Shown: positions 40,086 to 45,792 of the stretch, piece by piece
Numbering within the stretch: position 1 is the stretch's first letter
Layout of the letters: the number at the start of each line of letters is the position of its first letter
Assembly: GCA_019911865.1 (NCBI GenBank)
Contig: JAIOJQ010000328.1
Coordinates: forward strand, 1-45,792
Direction: 5' to 3'
DNA from: Thermoanaerobaculia bacterium
Lineage (GTDB): Bacteria; Acidobacteriota; Thermoanaerobaculia; Multivoradales; JAGPDF01
Length of the DNA: 45,792 nucleotides
Notes under the pieces: generated by a model
What the model saw: the letters and a program-made list of their open reading frames with translations, nothing else
Told to the model about the DNA's origin: nothing
The model's database searches: none
Translations under genes and position numbers: made by a program

Positions 40086-41146
40086 CAACCGGACTCCTTC
40101 ATGACCACTGCGGCCTCCCCGCCAGAACCGGCGAGGAGCATACGCGTGGCGATTCGTTCGAGCAGATTCCGCAGCTGCGCGCCGCGCGAGTGGACGCGGC
40201 CGCGACCGAACCACCCCTCTCGGTCGAAGCCGCCACCTTCGAGCGAGCCGACGAAGAGGATGCGGCCCGACTCGGCGTCGAGCAGCCGTACCGCCACCGC
40301 GACCACCGGCTCGGGCGAGCTGCCGCCGCGAACTTCCCAGCGCTCGACCGAACCGGTGACCAGCCGGGCGGCGCCGCAGGCGTCGCGCACCTCGGCGCGG
40401 ACCTCCGCCGAGAGCTCGCCCCATCGGATGCCGCCCGGGCCGCGCAGCGCCGTCGTCACGCAGCCCGGCTCGGCGAGCGGGATCCCGGCGGCGACGAGCA
40501 GCGCGCGCATCGTCTCGGTCGCCGCCGCCGCGACCTCGAGCCCGTCCGCCACCTCGTTGACGGTGAAGGGCACGATGCCGACGAGGTCGGGCGGCGCGGC
40601 GACCCCGACTCCCGGGCTCGCCGGCGCGACCGCGCCGAGCTCGACGCCCGCCAGCAGCTCGGTGACCACCGGCGGCAGCAGGGTCGCGAGGTCGGCGACC
40701 GCGCCGATCCCCAGCAGGCCGCGCGTGTCCAGCCCGGAGCGGGCGACCGCGGCGGCCCACGCCATGCGGCCCGTCCGCCCGTCGTAGAGCCGGGCCGAAA
40801 CCGTGAGATCGGGAACCAGATGCTCGGGCGCGTCGTGGATCGCCACCGAGATCAGCCAGTCGGCCCCGAGCGCCGCCGCGATCGCGCGCAACCGCTCGGG
40901 CGGCGCGCCGTCGGCGTTGCGCAGGCGCTCGGCGCGCAGCGCGGCCCGGGTCCGCTCGGCGTCGATCACGGTCGCCCTCCGGGCGAGCTCGGCAGTCACC
41001 GCCTGCTCGAACCGCGCGCCGAGTCCCTCGACCCGCACGCCCTGCCGCACGGGCAGCAGCGCGACCGTGTCGGCCAGCGCTGCGCGGCCGGCCAGGGCGC
41101 CGGCGGCGAGCAGGAGCGGAGCGAGGAGGGAGCGGCGGCGCATCAC
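40085..41146 (-). CDS. Exported protein with two CsgG/LpoB/GNA1162-like domains
   Basis: Signal peptide. Two units, VALLP...ARLYDGRTGRMAW and VGIVPF...VRLLDAESGRILF. Confidence 0.7.
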   Translation of the reverse strand: MMRRRSLLAPLLLAAGALAGRAALADTVALLPVRQGVRVEGLGARFEQAVTAELARRATVIDAERTRAALRAERLRNADGAPPERLRAIAAALGADWLISVAIHDAPEHLVPDLTVSARLYDGRTGRMAWAAAVARSGLDTRGLLGIGAVADLATLLPPVVTELLAGVELGAVAPASPGVGVAAPPDLVGIVPFTVNEVADGLEVAAAATETMRALLVAAGIPLAEPGCVTTALRGPGGIRWGELSAEVRAEVRDACGAARLVTGSVERWEVRGGSSPEPVVAVAVRLLDAESGRILFVGSLEGGGFDREGWFGRGRVHSRGAQLRNLLERIATRMLLAGSGGEAAVVMKESG

Positions 41147-41149
41147 GGG

Positions 41150-41734
41150 CTACTTGAGCAGCGTCTCCACGAGCCGTCGCACGCAGCGTCGCGTCGTCAC
41201 CGAGAGCGGTTCGCCCTCGTTGCCGAGCAGGCGCGCCGAGGCGACCGAGCCCTTCTCGGTGTGCGTCGCCGCCCAGATGATGGCGCCCGACTCGGTCTCG
41301 ACCAGCTGGGCGTCGACGGTCACCGTCGGGACGCCGGCCGAGCCCGAGCGCAGCACCTCGGACTGCAGGACGGCGCCCGCGATGACCGCCTGGACACCGA
41401 GCGTCTTGCCGAGTTCGACGATCTGTTCGGTGCTCGGACGCTGGGCCCGGTTGGCGCCAAATTTGACCGTGGCGGCGTTCACCTCGCCGGGCTCGACGAC
41501 GTCGACCGCGCCGGTCGCGAGCAGCTCGGTGACCAGCAGTCGGGTCACGCGCGCGGCCGCGGCGGTGTCGTTCGAGTAGTTCTCGAACGGCAGCACGGCC
41601 ACCCTCTCGACGAACGAGAAGTCGATCTTCGGGTTGGTGAACTTCGTCGGCCCCATCGACCCGCAGCCGCTGAGGGCCCCGAGGCAGGCGACGAGGAGGG
41701 CGAGGCATCGGGTCGAGCTTCGGAGTTTTCTCAC
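41150..41734 (-). CDS. Lipoprotein, CsgG/LpoB/GNA1162-like
   Basis: Lipobox LSGC, RVAVLPFEN, LGVQAVIAG, LVETESGAIIW. Likely start GTG 41734. Confidence 0.8.
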   Translation of the reverse strand: MRKLRSSTRCLALLVACLGALSGCGSMGPTKFTNPKIDFSFVERVAVLPFENYSNDTAAAARVTRLLVTELLATGAVDVVEPGEVNAATVKFGANRAQRPSTEQIVELGKTLGVQAVIAGAVLQSEVLRSGSAGVPTVTVDAQLVETESGAIIWAATHTEKGSVASARLLGNEGEPLSVTTRRCVRRLVETLLK

Positions 41735-41750
41735 GGTTCGCACCTTCCGA

Positions 41751-43901
41751 TCAGAAGGAGAGGGTGGTGCCTGCGTTGACACTGGTCACGGCGGTCTCCG
41801 GGCCGTCCGCGATCGCCGAGCTCGAGCGCGTCATGGAGCCGAAGAGCACCAGTCGGGCCGCGAGCCGGTAGTGCAGGGCGAGGCTCTCGTTGCGGGTTTG
41901 CGCGCCTTCGCGCTGGGAGAAGTCGTCCCAGCCGAGCGCGAGGCTCAACTTCGGTCCCGGGTTCCACGACAGATTGTAGCTCTGCCGAATCGTGGCGCCG
42001 GTCGACTCGTCGAAATAGGCGATCGTGCCGCCGAGGCCGAGCGCGGCGCCGGGTGTCCAGCCGAAATCGACGAACAGGCTGGAGCTCTCGAAGCGCGGCC
42101 CGCCGGCGACGGCGCTCTCCGTGCGGCTCCAGGTGTAGCCCCCGCCCAGGCGCCAGTCCTGGCGCGGGCGCATGTCGATCCGCTCCGTCCAGGTGAGCGT
42201 CTCGCGCGCCCCGCCGGTCCCCGGGGTCTCGATCCGGCTGGTCGACAGGTTGGTCACGAGACGCAGCTCGTCGAGCAGGTCGAGGGCGATCGTCGCGCGC
42301 GCGTAGCGGAGGTTCGACAGCTCGTGCCGCTCGTCGGAGTCGGTCCGCACCCCGGTCGCGAGCAACGCGTCGACGGTGTCGAGTGGATTCCAGCGCAGGC
42401 TCGCTCCGAAGTCGTCGGAGATCCGGGTCAGGTCGCGTCCGGCGCCCTCCTCGTAGCGCGAGTGCCGGTAGGCGACCGAGAGCGTCAGGTCGCGCGCGAG
42501 GTCGAGGCCGAGTCCGCCGTTGATCGCCGAACCGGTGGTGTCCCGCCGCACCACGCCGCCCACCGTCGTCGAGTCGTTGCTCGCGTCGGCCGAGGCGTGG
42601 AAGTGGAGTCGCTCCGAGACCCGCCACGCCAGGCTCGCGGCCGCCCGGTAGAGGTCGGCGCTGCGCTCGGGCTGGAGCGCCTCGACCGCGACGTCGCGCA
42701 GGGCGACGAGCTCGGTGACGCGGACCTCGTTCTCCGGGTTGATCGAGACGTTGACGGCCTTCAGATAACGCTCGGAGGACTCCAGGAAGTGGAGCTGATA
42801 GCGGAGCAGATCGGGGTCCCAGGCGCGCTCGAGGATCGTCACCGGCTGCCAGACCAGGCCGTCCGCGCTCTGGTAGACGTCCCAGGCGACCTGGGCGCCC
42901 GAGAGGCGGTCGACGACGATGTCGAGCCGGTGCGCCGGCACCGGCAAACCGAGGTCGAGGGCGAGGTTGCGGAAGGTGTTGGCGCCGCCGATTTCGATCG
43001 CCGGCGCGACCGGCGTCGAGAGGTCGCCGTCGACGAGGCCGGGCGCCGCGTCGAGTTCGCCGAGGGCGGGCGAGAGGTCGACGCCGGCGAAACCGCGCAC
43101 CGCCGCGATCGGCTCCGCGAGCTCGCCCTCGCCGCGGCTCTGCTCGGCTTCGAGCCGGCCGGCGACGCCCGCGAAGGAGAGGCGGACGCGATCGCCCGCC
43201 AGCGCGCGCGCCGCGGTGAGCCGCAGGTCGTGACGCAGCTGGGTGACGTCGAGGGCGGCCGCGCCGCCGGTGAGCTCGTTGTACCTGCCGCCGTACCCGA
43301 CGCTCCAGCGCGGGCGCTCGAACAGCAGGTCGACGCGCCCGACCCGCTGCTCGAGCCCGCGGCCGAGTGCCGCCACGCTCGCCGACTCGTCGGCGAGGTC
43401 GCGCCAGGAGAGGCCGAGGCGGAAGCCGCGCGGCGCGCGCCAGGAGAGGCTGGTGGTGAGCGCGCGCGACTCGAACTCCGCCGCGTCCGCGCCGGTGTCG
43501 GACCGCAGGCTCTCCCAGGCGACGCGCCACGACAGGTTCGGCGCGCCGTAGCGCAGCTCGGCCACCGGCTGCACGGTGGTGCGCGAGAAGGCCTCGACGC
43601 CGTCGAGCTGCGCGGCCTGCTCGGCGTAGAGGCCCGAGAGGTGCAGGCTCAGGTAGGGCGTGAGCTCCTGGACGACCGCGACGTTGGCGGAGTGATCGCT
43701 GCCGTCGACCACGGCGTCGCCGAGATCGGTGCTCGTCCAGCCGAGCCGGAGGGCGCCGTCGAGCGTGCCGGCGCGTGCCGCCGAGGCCGCCGCCAGAGCG
43801 AGCCCCGCCAGAACGAGGCTGCGCCCGGCACCCTCCCGCGAAACCTGCGACGCGCGTCTCACGGCGGGCATTCTCACAGCCAGCTCGAACGCCGCCACCA
43901 T
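41751..43901 (-). CDS. Outer-membrane beta-barrel with an inserted discoidin/F5/8-type-C-like domain
   Basis: Signal peptide, alternating amphipathic strands, C-terminal TLSF. Start is 43871 or 43901. Confidence 0.8.
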   Translation of the reverse strand: MVAAFELAVRMPAVRRASQVSREGAGRSLVLAGLALAAASAARAGTLDGALRLGWTSTDLGDAVVDGSDHSANVAVVQELTPYLSLHLSGLYAEQAAQLDGVEAFSRTTVQPVAELRYGAPNLSWRVAWESLRSDTGADAAEFESRALTTSLSWRAPRGFRLGLSWRDLADESASVAALGRGLEQRVGRVDLLFERPRWSVGYGGRYNELTGGAAALDVTQLRHDLRLTAARALAGDRVRLSFAGVAGRLEAEQSRGEGELAEPIAAVRGFAGVDLSPALGELDAAPGLVDGDLSTPVAPAIEIGGANTFRNLALDLGLPVPAHRLDIVVDRLSGAQVAWDVYQSADGLVWQPVTILERAWDPDLLRYQLHFLESSERYLKAVNVSINPENEVRVTELVALRDVAVEALQPERSADLYRAAASLAWRVSERLHFHASADASNDSTTVGGVVRRDTTGSAINGGLGLDLARDLTLSVAYRHSRYEEGAGRDLTRISDDFGASLRWNPLDTVDALLATGVRTDSDERHELSNLRYARATIALDLLDELRLVTNLSTSRIETPGTGGARETLTWTERIDMRPRQDWRLGGGYTWSRTESAVAGGPRFESSSLFVDFGWTPGAALGLGGTIAYFDESTGATIRQSYNLSWNPGPKLSLALGWDDFSQREGAQTRNESLALHYRLAARLVLFGSMTRSSSAIADGPETAVTSVNAGTTLSF

Positions 43902-43951
43902 CCGCGAGGGTGGCCCCGCCGCAACCCGCGGCGCGGGGCGGCCGGCCCCCC

Positions 43952-43987
43952 AAAAAAAGCGACCCGGGGTGCGGACACCCCGGGTCG
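43952..43987 (-). terminator. Intrinsic terminator after the OmcS-like gene
   Basis: Perfect 12-bp stem CGACCCGGGGTG/CACCCCGGGTCG, 4-nt loop, then C and T7 on the minus strand. Confidence 0.9.
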
Positions 43988-44023
43988 ATGTGGCGCCGGC
44001 AGGCGCCGGATCTCTACCTCAGA

Positions 44024-45175
44024 TCACGGCGTGACGAGGTGGTCGAACTCGTCCTGCGTGTGGCACTTGTTGCAGAGCGACTTCTGGTCGTCGTCCGCCG
44101 GCAGCGTCGCCTGGGCGTACGGGATCTTCCAGGAGCCCGAGGTCGCGCCGTCGGTCTCGATGTTCTGGATCGTGAAGTCCCAGCGGCCCATGTCCTGCGC
44201 CGAGGTGGCGTGGGCGCGGTGGCAGGTGACGCAGGCGACCATCGACGTGCCCGCGGTCGGACCGGCGGTCGAGGTGGTCGTGACCGAGGGATCCTCGAAC
44301 GGCGTGTCCGGCAGGTAGGCGTCGACCACGGTGCCGCTGCCGCAGGGATCGGTCGGGCCGGTCGGCGGGTTGTTGACGCAGTCGGCCGTGCCGCGATACT
44401 CGTTGTACTTGGCGACGATCGTCGCGGTCAGAGCCTCGCCCGACGGGTGGATCAGGTTGCCGGACGAAGCGTGGAAGTCGCCGTGGCAGGTGGAGCACCA
44501 CTCGCTGTAGCCCGAGTGGTAGGCGTTGTGGTTCGCCAGGCCCTCGATCGAGTTGTAGCTGATGCCCTCGGCCACCAGGGTGCCGCCGAACGTCACCTCG
44601 TCCCCGCCGACGTCGATCGTCTGGCCGGTCTGGTAGAGGAAGCGGAAGCTGTCCTGGCCGTGCGGGTCGTGGCAGCTCGTGCACTCGAGCTGGTTGTTCG
44701 CCAGCTCGGCCTGGCCGCCCGGGGGATAGAGCAGCGTGGTGTCCCAGTTGCTGCCCTTGATGCCGGAGCGCAGGTTGTGGCCGGCCCGCTGGCCCGGGAT
44801 CGGGTTGGTCGCGCCGCCGCGGCCGTCGTTGACGTTGTCCTCGAGCAGGAACACGAAGTTGCCGGCGCTGTAGTACTCCTGCAGCGTCGGATTCAGTGGA
44901 TCCGACTCGAACACGTTGTAGCTGGCGCTGTTGTTGCCGTGGCAGCGCAGGCAGGTGTCGGTCGCGTTCGGCAGCAGCAGCAGGTCGGTGTAGCCGAAGC
45001 CCGGCGCCAGGCCCGGCCCGGTGCCGGTGGCGTCGAGGTTCATGCCCAGGTTGTTGGCGCTGTTGTGCATGGTGTGACAGCCCTGGCAGTAGCCGACCGA
45101 CTCGTGGTGGAACGCCATCGCCGGGGCGGCGAGCAGCACCGCGACGGCGGCGATCAGAAGCATCCGGTTCTTCAT
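44024..45175 (-). CDS. OmcS-family hexaheme cytochrome c, probable major nanowire subunit
   Basis: AMA|FHHESVGYCQGCHTMHNS, 6 CxxCH, AGNF, GHNL, NQLECTSCHDPHG, SEWCSTCH, CHRAHA, Q.SLCNKCH..D. AAAGGAG RBS. Confidence 0.9.
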   Translation of the reverse strand: MKNRMLLIAAVAVLLAAPAMAFHHESVGYCQGCHTMHNSANNLGMNLDATGTGPGLAPGFGYTDLLLLPNATDTCLRCHGNNSASYNVFESDPLNPTLQEYYSAGNFVFLLEDNVNDGRGGATNPIPGQRAGHNLRSGIKGSNWDTTLLYPPGGQAELANNQLECTSCHDPHGQDSFRFLYQTGQTIDVGGDEVTFGGTLVAEGISYNSIEGLANHNAYHSGYSEWCSTCHGDFHASSGNLIHPSGEALTATIVAKYNEYRGTADCVNNPPTGPTDPCGSGTVVDAYLPDTPFEDPSVTTTSTAGPTAGTSMVACVTCHRAHATSAQDMGRWDFTIQNIETDGATSGSWKIPYAQATLPADDDQKSLCNKCHTQDEFDHLVTP

Positions 45176-45235
45176 CTGGCGTCTCCTTTCCGTCGCCCTC
45201 GGGCGCGGGAGTTTTCATGTCTGTCCAGCTCTAGC

Positions 45236-45250
45236 GCAACGAGCGTGCCC
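45236..45250 (-). promoter_or_regulatory. Sigma54 (-24/-12) promoter
   Basis: Minus strand reads gGGCACGctcgTTGCg against the consensus TGGCACG-N4-TTGC, 61 bp upstream of the ATG. Confidence 0.75.
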
Positions 45251-45372
45251 GCTTCGCGGCGAGCCGCCGCGCGGACCGCCGGGGCGCGCCGCAAATCGTG
45301 TGTCGAGAATGGGTTGCGAGCCGGACTCGCAGTGCCGGCGAACGACCCGGCGGCGGTGGTGCGGGCGGACGC

Positions 45373-45419
45373 TGCGCAAGTTTCCCCACGGCTCGCCGCG
45401 GCGTGCGAAAAATCTCCCA
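45373..45419. promoter_or_regulatory. Two tandem candidate enhancer-binding-protein sites
   Basis: TGCGCAAGTTTCCCCA (45373-45388) and TGCGAAAAATCTCCCA (45404-45419) are quasi-palindromic and 31 bp apart. Confidence 0.55.
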
Positions 45420-45466
45420 GTCTCCCGGGGTAGGCCGCTCGCGGGAGCGCCTGGGTCGGCGGAGAG

Positions 45467-45792
45467 GCGAAGGCGCCGGCGGTTTCGCTTCGGCAAGAGC
45501 GGCTGGAGCAGTAGTGAGGCACGCGGTCAACTTACGCCGTGGCCGGCGGCGGGAGGCCGCCTGGGCGGGTGGCAGCGTCGTGCTGGCCGGGTAGCGACGA
45601 CCGGCGCGAGGTCAGCCGCGGCCGAGCCGGCGGGCGCGACGGGCGAGCATGGCGTGGGTCGTCGCTACCCGGCCAGCACGACGCTGCCACCCGCCCAGGC
45701 GGCCTCCCGCCGCCGGCCACGGCGTAAGTTGACCGCGTGCCTCACTACTGCTCCAGCCGCTCTTGCCGAAGCGAAACCGCCGGCGCCTTCGC
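45467..45792. repeat. Perfect inverted repeat with 136-bp arms and a 54-bp spacer, running to the window end
   Basis: 45467-45602 is the reverse complement of 45657-45792. Confidence 0.95.

Noticed and set aside
43898-43913. CCATCC-GCGA-GGGTGG resembles the P2 stem of GEMM-I cyclic dinucleotide riboswitches found near Geobacter omcS
   Set aside because: It is on the wrong strand for the adjacent genes, and the flanking conserved AAA and G(C/G)AAAGCC elements are missing.

Overview
GC-rich bacterial window, possibly Acidobacteriota (weak inference), with three main blocks. (1) A respiratory nitrate reductase locus at 2.7-13.7 kb: narK, a TDT/SLAC1 channel, diheme cytochrome c-narGHJI and mobB, with an FNR/CRP-like palindrome upstream of the operon. 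(2) An apparent ECF sigma/NrsF anti-sigma regulon at 13.8-25.1 kb, marked by four GTAACC-N16-C(G/A)AA promoter motifs. It covers arsenosugar-type genes (ArsM-like methyltransferase, arsS, fused glycosyltransferases), YceI, DedA, a flavin-disulfide reductase and two AhpD/CMD proteins. One AhpD gene is split by an in-frame TGA in a CxxU motif followed by a SECIS-like hairpin, so it is a likely selenoprotein. (3) A cytochrome-nanowire-like cluster at 29.1-45.4 kb: two compact OmcS-family hexaheme cytochromes that keep the inter-subunit His16 register, 26- and 16-heme cytochromes, a beta-barrel, a lipoprotein plus a related exported protein, a PPIase, two NHL propellers and an MFS/spermidine-synthase fusion. 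The main OmcS-like gene has a sigma54-type promoter, tandem enhancer-like sites and a strong terminator. The window ends in a perfect 136-bp inverted repeat that may be an assembly fold-back. All family calls come from motif recognition and recall; no searches were run.
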